A stretch of DNA of 64,000 bases from Chloroflexota bacterium (GTDB taxonomy: Bacteria; Chloroflexota; UBA11872; VXOZ01), in assembly GCA_964291655.2 (NCBI GenBank), contig OZ219801.1:256001-320000 (forward strand), in the 5' to 3' direction. How positions within the stretch are numbered: position 1 is the stretch's first letter; every line of letters starts with the position of its first letter. The notes beneath the pieces are model-generated. The model worked only from the letters and a program-made list of their open reading frames with translations, was not told where the DNA came from and made no database searches. The position numbers and the translations under genes were made by a program. Positions 54,981 to 64,000 of the stretch are shown here, piece by piece.

Positions 54981-55326
54981 TCTAGACTCTTCTACAAGAG
55001 CTCCAAACTTCGGTCGTCTGGCTATGCTACAATTAATTCGTATAGCTCTTGCACTGGGGATAGTGCTGAGTCTGACTGGATTTGGTGGTTTTCAGTTCGG
55101 TATTGACTGGGCTATTACTGCTAATTCTGGGCGTCACGATTGATGGCGCTATGCGATTCTTTCTGCTTCCTGCCTACCGTCTGATTCTCAAATAGCGAGA
55201 GTGAGACTTTGGTAGGAATAGCCAGATAGTGGTAGACACTGCACGTTGCGCAGCCGTAGAACAGCGAAGTACCGGGCTGCAATGCAGATTGCATTGTCGC
55301 TCTGATGTGGACACAGTAAGGAGAAG

Positions 55327-58290
55327 GTGGTGTCTAAATTTGTAAGGTCAATTCTCTTTGGCGTGTTAATCGCGTCGTTAGCAGTGGTGTTAGCTGGGTG
55401 TAGCGTTCAGCCTGTAGCGGAACCCGCACCTGCGCCAACTGCCCCGCCGGTTGCCACAGAAGTTCCCGCGCCCACACCGCCGCCGGAGCCGGTTGCACCT
55501 ACACCCATACCGGTCGCGGAGCTCACGCCCGATTCGGTTTTGCCGCTTGATCCTGTGGTGACGCATGGCACGCTGAGCAACGGCATGACCTATTACATCA
55601 GGCACAACGAAGAGCCCAGCAACCGCGTGCAGTTGATGATGGTCGTGCGGGCCGGTTCCGTCCTTGAAGAAGAGTCGGAGCGCGGACTGGCGCATTTCGC
55701 CGAGCATATGGCCTTCAACGGCACTGAACGCTTTGAAAAACAGCAGATCGTCGAGTACCTCGAGTCTCTCGGTGTCAATTTTGGCCCGGACCTCAACGCC
55801 TCCACCGGTTTTGATACCACGACGTATGAACTTGAGGTCCCGACCGAAGATGCGGAAGTCTTGGAAACTGCGTTCCAGATCCTCAGCGATTGGGCTTACG
55901 CCATCTCGTTCGATCCGGAAGAGGTTGAAAAGGAACGCGGTGTGGTCATTGAAGAGTGGCGCACGAGGTTGGGATACAGCGATCGGTTCCTCAACCATTG
56001 GATACCCTTGGTATTCGGCTCCTCGCGCTATACCGACCGCCTGCCAATCGGCCTCTTGGAAGTCCTGGAGAATGCGACGGCAGAAGACTTGCGCGGCTTT
56101 TACGAACGCTGGTATCGACCCAATCTGATGGCAGTAGTAGTCGTCGGCGACATTGACGTAGCTGAAATGGAAACTCTCGTGCGCCGTCACTTCGCGCCGC
56201 CTCCCGAAGGGGAAGCGATGCAAGAGCGTGCCGCCGTGCAACCGCCTACGGAGCGGCCCCGCTACCCAGTGCCAAGCCACGCAGAACCGCGCGTGACGGT
56301 GTTCACCGATCCCGAGGCTACCGGGACAAGTACGTTCTTGGTGCGTACAATTCCATCCGGTTTTGGCGAGACGCTGGACGCCTACCGCGGGATTCTGGTG
56401 GAGCGGCTGACGTTCATGATGTTCAATGCGCGGCTGTTCGAGCTTAGCCGCACCCCGAACCCTCCGTACCTTGGCGCCAATTCCTATCGCAGCGGCCTGT
56501 CGGATACGGCGGACATACTCGTCTTCGGGGCTGCAGTTGAGAAAGACGGTGTCGAAACCGGTCTCAACGCCATCCTCGAGGAGATGCAACGTGTACGCCA
56601 GCATGGCTTTACTACGTCCGAACTCGACCGCGAGAAGGCCAATCTGCTCAGCTTTATGGAAAGCTACTACGAAAGGCGCGGCCAACTGGAATCCCGGGGC
56701 CTCGCCGAGGAGTATATCGAGCACTACTTGAGCGGCACGGTCGCGCCGGGCATCGAGATGGAGTGGGAACTCACCCAGCATCTCCTGCCGCAGATTGCGC
56801 TGGATGAAGTTGATTCGCTGGCGACGTTCTGGACCGAACCCGGCAATACCGTCCTGCTCGTAACAGGCCCTGAAGACATTGGGCCCGGCACCAAGGACGA
56901 ATTGAAAGAGGCAGTTACCCAACAGCTTGTAAACGCACATGCCTTGGAAGTAGCAGGCTACGAAGATGAAGCCGCGGGCCAAACTCTCTTAGCGAATGTC
57001 CCATCCGCCGGTTCCATCACGGACGAGCAGACTATCGAGTCTATCGATGCCGTTCGATGGACGCTCTCCAATGGCATCACCGTAGTCGCCAAGCAGACCG
57101 ACTTCAACAACGACCAGGTGCTTCTCCGTTCTTTCAGTCCGGGTGGGAATTCGCTGGTCTCAGATGAGAGCTACTACTCGGCCACGCATGCCGCCTCACT
57201 TGTTGCCGGCAGCGGCGCCGGCCCGCACGACATTGTTGCCTTGGATAAGCTCTTGGCCGGTAAGCGGGTCTCCGTGGCCCCGTACATTGGTTCCCAGTTT
57301 GAAGGGTTCAGCGGCAGTGCTTCGCCGCAAGACCTGGAAACGATGTTCCAACTGATCACCCTGTACGCCACCGACCCGAATATTGACCCCGTTTACTTTG
57401 AGACCTACGTTACCAGGTTGCAGGACGCGGCCGAGAACCGCCTCATGGACCCGGATACACTGTTCTTCGACGAAGTACGTAGAATTCTCTTCCAAGACCA
57501 CTACCGGCGGCGCCCGCTCACCGTCGAGTTGCTTGATGAATTAGATATGGAGCGCGCACTGGCAGTGTATACGGACCGCTTTGCGGACATGGGCGACTCG
57601 ACGTTTGTGTTTGTGGGCGCATTCGATTGGGACGCGCTGCGCGCGTTGACCGAAACGTACTTGGCCAGTCTGCCGGTTTCCGGTCGTGCCGAGCAGTGGC
57701 AAGACCCCAATATCGATCCACCGTCCGGTCTCATAGACGAGGAAATCTATTTCGGCATCGAGCCGCGGAGCACGACGATATTGATATTCGCCGGGGACTT
57801 GGAGTGGGACCGGCAGGAAGCATTGATTATTGCGCTCATGGGCGAAATCCTCCAAATTCGCTTGCGAGAAGAGATTCGTGAGGAACTCGGCGGCACGTAC
57901 GGCGTCAGCGTTAGCGCCTCGACCTCCTCAATCCCAGACTCCGAGTACCAGGTATACGCCTACTTTGGCAGCGATCCCGATCGCGTTGAGGAACTCTTTG
58001 CCGCAATCCAGCGAGAGCTGAACTGGCTGATTGATGGCGGCGAACAGAAGTATCTCGACACTTCCAAAGAGCTCTTCCGTTCCTCCAGAGAGGAGCAAGT
58101 CGAGGAGAATTCCTTCTGGCTGGGCCAAATCAGATCTGTACTACAGCGCGGCGAGGACTTTGCCGTGATCAATAGTTACTTAGACCGTTTGGATGCTGTG
58201 ACCTTAGACCAAGTGTCGGCAGCAGCCGAACGCTACTTAACTCTTGACCGCTACATTCGTGTCGTGCTCTTCCCCAAGGAAGAGGAATAG
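55327..58290 (+). CDS. M16 family (PqqL-like) zinc protease, lipoprotein
   Basis: Lipobox LAGC, Pro-rich linker, GLAHFAEHMAFNG inverted zinc motif, NAST, duplicated LSNG domains. Confidence 0.93.
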   Translation: MVSKFVRSILFGVLIASLAVVLAGCSVQPVAEPAPAPTAPPVATEVPAPTPPPEPVAPTPIPVAELTPDSVLPLDPVVTHGTLSNGMTYYIRHNEEPSNRVQLMMVVRAGSVLEEESERGLAHFAEHMAFNGTERFEKQQIVEYLESLGVNFGPDLNASTGFDTTTYELEVPTEDAEVLETAFQILSDWAYAISFDPEEVEKERGVVIEEWRTRLGYSDRFLNHWIPLVFGSSRYTDRLPIGLLEVLENATAEDLRGFYERWYRPNLMAVVVVGDIDVAEMETLVRRHFAPPPEGEAMQERAAVQPPTERPRYPVPSHAEPRVTVFTDPEATGTSTFLVRTIPSGFGETLDAYRGILVERLTFMMFNARLFELSRTPNPPYLGANSYRSGLSDTADILVFGAAVEKDGVETGLNAILEEMQRVRQHGFTTSELDREKANLLSFMESYYERRGQLESRGLAEEYIEHYLSGTVAPGIEMEWELTQHLLPQIALDEVDSLATFWTEPGNTVLLVTGPEDIGPGTKDELKEAVTQQLVNAHALEVAGYEDEAAGQTLLANVPSAGSITDEQTIESIDAVRWTLSNGITVVAKQTDFNNDQVLLRSFSPGGNSLVSDESYYSATHAASLVAGSGAGPHDIVALDKLLAGKRVSVAPYIGSQFEGFSGSASPQDLETMFQLITLYATDPNIDPVYFETYVTRLQDAAENRLMDPDTLFFDEVRRILFQDHYRRRPLTVELLDELDMERALAVYTDRFADMGDSTFVFVGAFDWDALRALTETYLASLPVSGRAEQWQDPNIDPPSGLIDEEIYFGIEPRSTTILIFAGDLEWDRQEALIIALMGEILQIRLREEIREELGGTYGVSVSASTSSIPDSEYQVYAYFGSDPDRVEELFAAIQRELNWLIDGGEQKYLDTSKELFRSSREEQVEENSFWLGQIRSVLQRGEDFAVINSYLDRLDAVTLDQVSAAAERYLTLDRYIRVVLFPKEEE

Positions 58291-58645
58291 AGGATTACCC
58301 ATCCCGCTGGAGCAGGCAGATTGAATTCTCCTGTTCCAGCGAGATTTGTCATGCATAATTCTTCGTAACTGATCTGCGCGGCCCATAGAAGTGCTGCCGC
58401 ATCTGCCGTTGCGATTACGCATTGTCTCTATGTGCACTTTGCCATCTGGACTGATCTCGGTGATCTAGTGCGGTTCCCAAGCGTTTCTCAGCCACGAATT
58501 CAGCAATCTCTTTAGGTGCATCGCAACTCTGCCAATTGACTGTTATAGTCCAAGCCAGCCACTTCTCATCCAAACAGTCACGTGGTGCGCTGACGATGAC
58601 CTGCGTCTTCACATGCTTTTTCCGGCTTCCAGTTAGGACAATCTC

Positions 58646-59596
58646 ATGACTACTCTTGAGTCGCCACCTCTCTGGCAGGACTGTAGTCAATTTCTCGACT
58701 ACTGCGGTTATCTCAACCGTTCCCCTCAAACGGTTCGCACCTATGAGCAGATGCTCAGAGACTTCGTCTCCTACTGCACTAGAACGAATCGTCCCGTGAC
58801 ATGTGTTGAAGACCTCACGTTGCCCGTAATCACGGCATTCCTGGCCTGGAAGCGCACACATACGAGCGCGTCGACTCTCGCAAAGTATGCATCGTGCCTG
58901 CGCAGTATGCTCCGTTACTTTAGCTTGCATGAGGACCGTGCCGTACTTGCCTACGACAAGGTGCAACTCCCAAAATTGCAGCGCCACGCGCCGCGCAACG
59001 TCCCTACCGCTGAAGACATCGTGCACCTCTTCCGTTCCATCCCACAGGATTCCTTCCAGGGGAGACGTGATCGTGCGATCGTCATGCTCTTTTTCTCAAC
59101 GGGGCTGCGCTTGGCGGAACTCTGCGCGCTCGACCGTGCCGATCTGCCGTTAGAGCGTCTCGGCGCCGACCAACTGCTGCAAATCATCATTCGGGGCAAG
59201 GGCGACAAAGACCGGCCGGTCTTTCTACAGCAAGGCGCGCAACTGGCGGTGCGCGAGTATCTGGCCACCCGTGAAGACGACTTTCCACCGCTCTTCATTC
59301 GCTATCGTCCCGGCAAGTCCGCTGAGGATGACGCCGAGGACAAGGAAAAACGGCTCTCGCCACGCATGGTACGCAAGATCATTACGCAACATGCTCGGAG
59401 GTCCGGCGTGGGACATCTGGCGCCCCACGCGTTACGACATGGATTTGCGGTGGACCTGTTGCGAAACGACGTGAACTTGCGCGTGATCCAGGAGCTCCTC
59501 GGCCACTCCAGTCTTTCCACAACCCAGATTTACACCCATCTTGTGAATCGTGCTTTGGCGGATGCCGTGCGCCATCGAGCAGATCCCGTGGGGTAG
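58646..59596 (+). CDS. Tyrosine recombinase, XerC/XerD-like
   Basis: SAM-like N-terminal domain; TGLRLAEL, GKGDKDR, PHALRHGFA, LLGHSSLSTTQIYTH (R-K-H-R-H-Y intact). Confidence 0.92.
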   Translation: MTTLESPPLWQDCSQFLDYCGYLNRSPQTVRTYEQMLRDFVSYCTRTNRPVTCVEDLTLPVITAFLAWKRTHTSASTLAKYASCLRSMLRYFSLHEDRAVLAYDKVQLPKLQRHAPRNVPTAEDIVHLFRSIPQDSFQGRRDRAIVMLFFSTGLRLAELCALDRADLPLERLGADQLLQIIIRGKGDKDRPVFLQQGAQLAVREYLATREDDFPPLFIRYRPGKSAEDDAEDKEKRLSPRMVRKIITQHARRSGVGHLAPHALRHGFAVDLLRNDVNLRVIQELLGHSSLSTTQIYTHLVNRALADAVRHRADPVG

Positions 59597-59716
59597 AACG
59601 ACTGCTCCTAAGAGCCACGAACGCCGACTGAGGCTTGCGCGCTCAGGCTACTCTTAGGCAAACACGGTAGGGTGTCCAACAAACTAACTGTCTATTCATG
59701 CCCCTGGAGGTTGACT

Positions 59717-60724
59717 ATGAACGTGCGAGATATGGCAAATGCAGGGACGAATGGCGCCGGCAAGGATACCAGCCTGCGCGATTACATCCTCGAGGAGTTC
59801 ATAGAGGATTATCAAGAAGGTGAGATCAACCGGCGGGAAGCGCTCCAGCGCATCGCGGGGATCACCGGCAGCGTGGCCATTGCCAGTAGCATCCTCGCGG
59901 CCTGCGGGGCTCCGGAAGAGCAGGAAGCTGCCCCGGATACTGCCACGGAATCCGCCGCCGAGCAACCTTCGCCAACGACAGAAATGGCAGCCAAGGAAGA
60001 CTTGCCGCCAGGCGTTACTGTGTCTCCGGACGATCCTAGCATCGATGCACGCGCGGTAGAGATCGTAGTAGGAGACGTGACGCTGCTCGGGTACCTGGCC
60101 GGCCCGGCTGGCGACGGACCGTTCCCCGGCGTGCTGGTGTGCCACGAAAACCGGGGGTTGAATGAGCACATTCGGGACGTTGCCCGTCGATTCGGCAGAG
60201 ACGGCTACGTGGCGCTTGCGCTCGACATGTTATCGCGGCAAGGCGGCACGGAAGCGGCCGGCGGTGCTTCCAGCGCGCCTGGGCTGCTGAGTAACATCCC
60301 GCCGCAGCAGTTCGTGGATGACTTCAGGGCCGGGCTGCAATTCCTGCAGTCCCAGGCATTTGTGTCGCCGGACCGCTTCGGCATGACCGGTTTCTGTTTC
60401 GGCGGCGGTGTCACCTGGCGTTGCGCCACACAGATCTCAGAGTTGAAGGCTGCCGTGCCGTTTTATGGACCGAATCCGCCCCTGGCAGATGTACCGAACA
60501 TCCAGGCGGCAGTACTTGCCATCTACGCTGAGCAAGACCAGCGCATTAACGCCGGTATCGAGGCAATTGAAGCTGCGATGCAGGAGCACAACAAGACTTT
60601 CCAGAAGATTATATACCCCAACGCCAACCACGCGTTCCACAACGACACCAGTTCGCGCTACCATGCCGAGTCCGCCAATGACGCTTGGAAGCAGATGCTT
60701 TCCTGGTTCGCGGAACATGTGTAA
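59717..60724 (+). CDS. Dienelactone hydrolase family protein with Tat-like lipoprotein leader
   Basis: NRRE leader and LAAC lipobox; HENRGL, GFCFGG, HAFHND; GGAGG before ATG 59717. Confidence 0.9.
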   Translation: MNVRDMANAGTNGAGKDTSLRDYILEEFIEDYQEGEINRREALQRIAGITGSVAIASSILAACGAPEEQEAAPDTATESAAEQPSPTTEMAAKEDLPPGVTVSPDDPSIDARAVEIVVGDVTLLGYLAGPAGDGPFPGVLVCHENRGLNEHIRDVARRFGRDGYVALALDMLSRQGGTEAAGGASSAPGLLSNIPPQQFVDDFRAGLQFLQSQAFVSPDRFGMTGFCFGGGVTWRCATQISELKAAVPFYGPNPPLADVPNIQAAVLAIYAEQDQRINAGIEAIEAAMQEHNKTFQKIIYPNANHAFHNDTSSRYHAESANDAWKQMLSWFAEHV

Positions 60725-60796
60725 GGGCACATTTTGGCGGAGGACTAGCAACAAAGTGCCAGAGTAGCTGCCAAGACTTCAATTCCCTTAACAGAA

Positions 60797-60833
60797 CAAA
60801 GAGAGAGCCGCCCCGATTGGGGCGGCTCCTTTA
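60797..60833. terminator. Bidirectional intrinsic terminator between convergent genes
   Basis: GAGCCGCCCC-GATT-GGGGCGGCTC flanked by AAA and CTTT. Confidence 0.8.
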
Positions 60834-60885
60834 TAGTCAAGCGCTAAGCTCGGTGAAGACCGAGTAGATGAACTCTTGGCTAGAC

Positions 60886-62313
60886 TTACTTGGCTGCCTC
60901 TTCCGCCAAGATGTTCTCCAATATCGGCTTGACGTTCTTCAGGCCGTCGGCCGGGGCCACCGTGCCGGCAATCATGTCGCCCCAAAGCGGCCGGACCGCT
61001 TCTTCGAGCATCCGCGGCCACGCTGAAGTAACGAGCGCGGGATCACCGCCGTTGCCGCCGAGCGGGAGCGAGTTGACGAAGGCATCGACGCGCACACCCG
61101 GGCGTTCTTGATACAGATCACGCAAGAACTTCTCCGCGCCTTCCAGACGCGCCGGGATGTTACTGGTAAGCAGGGCCCAGCGGTCCTCGGGAATGTGGAA
61201 CTTTACAAACTCCCAGGCCAGATCAGTTGCCTTGGACTGGGTGCCAACCCCATAGCCCCAAATCTTGAACTCAGGCAGTGAGGACGCGGCCTTCGGGAAT
61301 GGCGTGAACGCCCAGTCGATATCCGTCGTGTCGCGGTACCCGCCAAGCTGCCAGGAACCCATCTTGATCACGCCGGTTTTGCCGAGAGTGAAGTGAGTGA
61401 AACCCGCGCCGGGCTCACCCAGATTCTCATTGGCCTGATCGCGCGAGGGCCACGACCTGTCCTGGAGTTGCAGCGCAATATAGGACTCGTACGCTTCGAT
61501 CACTTCCGGCGAATCGCAGGTGATCGACTGGAAGTCATCCGAAATCCAGGCGCCGTCCCAGAGCATGGGCGTATTGGGATAATAATTGATGCCGACCCGA
61601 TCCAGGCCGTACTGGGTGAACTTACCGCCGGATTCTTTGGTGAGCTGCTGCATCGTGTCACGGAACTCATCCCACGTCCACGAGTTGTCCCAGTCCTCCG
61701 AAGGCTCGTCAACGCCGGCATCAGTAAACAGTTGCCGGTTGTAGAGCAGCGCAATCGCCTCACCGTGATGGTAGGTGGTTAGGCCGTAGACTTTGCCCTC
61801 GAATGAGGAGAACGTCGTGCGGCCGTCTCTGGCAAACTGCGTCATGTCGTAGTTGTCGCGCTTGATCAGGTCATCCAGCGGCTGGACGAGGCCGTTGCGC
61901 ACATAGAGGGGAGGCGCAAGGCACATAAAGCAATCGACCAAGACACCGCCGGCCAACATTGTCGTCAGCTCGATGCCCTGCCCTACCAAGCTGCCTGGGG
62001 CCACAACGAGCTCTACGGTAGCGCCCGGGTTGGCCTCGGCAAACGGGTTCAGCATGACGGTCTCTACATTGCCCAGGTCTCGCTCAGAGAACCAAGAGTA
62101 GTACTGGATCGTAACTTCCTCGACCGCAGGAGCTTCTTCCGCCTGCTTCTCTTCCGCCATCTCCTCCTTGGGTTCGGCTTCGCCTCCCGGCATCGCGGTC
62201 GCCGTGCCGCAAGCCGCCAGGATGGTCACGCCCAGCCCGCCAATGCCAATACCGGCCAGCAGGTTGCGACGAGTCACACCAGTAGGAATTCTTTCTTCGT
62301 ACTCAGACTGCAT
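60886..62313 (-). CDS. Extracellular solute-binding lipoprotein (carbohydrate ABC type)
   Basis: TRRNLL Tat motif, LAACG lipobox, LLYNRQLF..AGV..P....WTWDEF, AWEFVKF. Confidence 0.9.
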   Translation of the reverse strand: MQSEYEERIPTGVTRRNLLAGIGIGGLGVTILAACGTATAMPGGEAEPKEEMAEEKQAEEAPAVEEVTIQYYSWFSERDLGNVETVMLNPFAEANPGATVELVVAPGSLVGQGIELTTMLAGGVLVDCFMCLAPPLYVRNGLVQPLDDLIKRDNYDMTQFARDGRTTFSSFEGKVYGLTTYHHGEAIALLYNRQLFTDAGVDEPSEDWDNSWTWDEFRDTMQQLTKESGGKFTQYGLDRVGINYYPNTPMLWDGAWISDDFQSITCDSPEVIEAYESYIALQLQDRSWPSRDQANENLGEPGAGFTHFTLGKTGVIKMGSWQLGGYRDTTDIDWAFTPFPKAASSLPEFKIWGYGVGTQSKATDLAWEFVKFHIPEDRWALLTSNIPARLEGAEKFLRDLYQERPGVRVDAFVNSLPLGGNGGDPALVTSAWPRMLEEAVRPLWGDMIAGTVAPADGLKNVKPILENILAEEAAK

Positions 62314-62622
62314 TGCTATTGCCTCCTTGAAAGCATGTAGCTAACCATTAACCCCTCAGAGCCACAACCGTAGCCCTAGTGTTCCTTACGTTACTCTCTC
62401 TGCCCAGAGTCGTCAAGCAGAATCAATGCGGCGAAAGCCCTATGGCTGCCAACGGGTGTTCTAATTGACAGGATGGTTGAACAAGATACCAGATCATGAC
62501 CTTCGGAGTGGGCCAAGGCGTCATCCACGTTGCAACCATTCATGCGGTCCCTATTGTGTCTCTTGATGCGATCCCATAGGAACAAACCATCAGGCCCAGT
62601 GGAACCCCTTCTGTCATTAGCG

Positions 62623-62685
62623 CTGAGCCTGCCCTACCATTCGCCCTGAGCCTGCCCTACCGTTCGCGCTGAGCCTGTCGAAGCG
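62623..62685 (+). repeat. 23-nt tandem repeat ending in a CTGAGCCTGTCGAAG REP-like unit
   Basis: CTGAGCCTGCCCTACCATTCGCC / CTGAGCCTGCCCTACCGTTCGCG / CTGAGCCTGTCGAAGCG. Confidence 0.75.
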
Positions 62686-62863
62686 CAGAGAGTAGCGGTC
62701 TTGCTTTATGTAACCAAGAGAATCGCCGGCTATCGACTCGCGAATCCTGATTGTGTCAGGTGACTGGTCGACAGATGTCAGATTAAGAGAAGCAGAGCGA
62801 AGTGGTGTGTATTCCATGGACGCATATCACATTTTCCGCAATTTTGTGAATGCCTTGGGTACC

Positions 62864-62967
62864 TGTCATTCCGAACGGAGCGCAGCGCAGAGAGGAATCT
62901 AGAGTTATCAACCCGTTGGGCTACGAGAGACGAAAACTCCAGATTTCTCGCTGCGCTCGAAATGACA
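62864..62967. repeat. REP/MITE-like palindromic element
   Basis: TGTCATTCCGA..GAGCGCAGCG..GAGGAATCT pairs with AGATTTCTCGCTGCGCTCGAAATGACA. Confidence 0.8.
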
Positions 62968-63166
62968 AAACTGGCTAACACCACCCGATGGAAAGCGGCT
63001 TCTGACGACGAGTTATTCACAATGCTTACACTTCCGGCAATAGTCGGAATCCAGATACAGGGGGCCTTACAGTTCCGTCTAGGGAAGTGCCTAATCTATG
63101 CTGCTCAAGACAGCGGCGATGCAACTGAGCCTGTCGCACGTGGGTCCGCAACGCGCACACATCGCT

Positions 63167-63973
63167 CTAATCGCCACTCTTCCGCGACGTTTCCACCACC
63201 TGCTCGTGCATCGCGATCATGAGACCGGCAAGGGAGATTATGTCGAGCACATTGTGGTGGAAGACCCCATCGAGGCTGGAGAGGTCACCATCCTCGAGGA
63301 ACTTGAAGTACATGCCCGGAACTTCGGCCGAGGGCACATCGTCCTGCCGTTTGAAGTCAAGGATGTGGTTTTCGAGTGTCTGCAGGCGGCAATTCGGCAG
63401 ACTCCGTTGCCAGAGGCGACGCGCGCCGTAGAGCAAATCGCAATGGAGGACATTGCCTAAATCCATTTTGATTTTGTGGGACTTCAAGCGCGCGCGTAAC
63501 AGCGGCAGATCGAAGCTGGCCCCGTTGAAGGTGGTCATCGTCGGCCACTGGGGCAACGCCTCCGCGACTGCCTGCAGCATGGCGGGCTCTTCCTCCGGGC
63601 TGCGAATGAAATGCTGCCGCACCACGAACGCATCGTCCTCAAAGTACCCCAACCCAACTAGAAAGACATACGTCCCCGGCCCACCCAGTCCGGTCGTCTC
63701 CGTATCCCAAAACACCATCCGCCGCAGGTCCGGCGGGTTGCTGCTCTCGGTCGCGCCACTCACACTCTCATTCTCCGACGTGCTCTGCCCAGATGACTTG
63801 GATCCCCCGCGACGATAGGACCGCGGCTTCCGCGCCCCTGCCGTACGCGCCACCTGCGCCGCATCCGCTTCCAGCACCTGCCGCATTGCATACTTGCCGT
63901 GCCGGTACTCAGGCGGATTGACCACGCTGCTAACTAAGTGAATGCCAAGCGGAGTCTCGTGAGTTTGCCACAT
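63167..63973 (-). CDS. RNase H-like (YprB/MrfB-type, DEDD) exonuclease domain protein
   Basis: FWDTETTGL, TFNGASFDLP, DLL..ARR.W, L..LE..IL, HNVLD. Confidence 0.85.
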   Translation of the reverse strand: MWQTHETPLGIHLVSSVVNPPEYRHGKYAMRQVLEADAAQVARTAGARKPRSYRRGGSKSSGQSTSENESVSGATESSNPPDLRRMVFWDTETTGLGGPGTYVFLVGLGYFEDDAFVVRQHFIRSPEEEPAMLQAVAEALPQWPTMTTFNGASFDLPLLRARLKSHKIKMDLGNVLHCDLLYGARRLWQRSLPNCRLQTLENHILDFKRQDDVPSAEVPGMYFKFLEDGDLSSLDGVFHHNVLDIISLAGLMIAMHEQVVETSRKSGD

Positions 63974-64000
63974 GTGATTCGATCCCTTGCTCTAAACTAG

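Noticed and set aside
55390-56982. 530-aa ORF antisense to the M16 protease
   Set aside because: In-register antisense frame of a GC-rich gene; no family motifs or RBS.
58340-58380. Possible dif site (GCATAAT) upstream of the Xer-like recombinase
   Set aside because: Only part of a XerC arm matches; there is no TTATGTTAAA-like XerD arm at 6-nt spacing.
58415-59026. 203-aa minus-strand ORF overlapping the recombinase
   Set aside because: Overlaps a well-supported gene on the opposite strand and has no recognisable features.
58646-59596. Recombinase as the integrase of a prophage or island
   Set aside because: Size and motifs fit housekeeping XerC/D; no phage or conjugation genes or att duplication seen.

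Overview
Bacterial chromosomal window, most likely from a divergent Chloroflexota lineage (inferred from 16S features and gene style; not database-checked). It opens with an edge-truncated ppdK on the minus strand, then lspA-rluD-fabH, an RmlC-like epimerase and a sulfatase. A complete str-S10-spc-alpha ribosomal supercluster follows (rpsL to rplQ, then truA, rplM, rpsI), then a convergent site-2 protease-scpA-scpB unit and rpsP-khpA-rimM-trmD-rplS-rnhB-yraN. That last operon continues into a DUF4432 epimerase, two apparently catalytically dead enzymes (an archaemetzincin-like protein and an ADP-ribosylglycohydrolase-like protein) and sfsA; this is the best candidate for an undescribed module. 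A stand-alone 16S rRNA gene with a strongly mismatched 338/341F primer site is followed by tRNA-Ile and tRNA-Ala with their own promoter and no 23S/5S. The remainder is accessory or metabolic: MetE-like, 2-hydroxyacid dehydrogenase, TPP enzyme, SRPBCC, TIMP-like protein, M16 protease, Xer-like recombinase, dienelactone hydrolase, an orphan solute-binding protein, REP-like repeats and a YprB-like exonuclease. Three apparent single-base indels (truA start, a DUF2177-like gene, a small membrane ORF) may be sequencing errors. No CRISPR array or transposase was seen. All calls come from motif recognition by eye.
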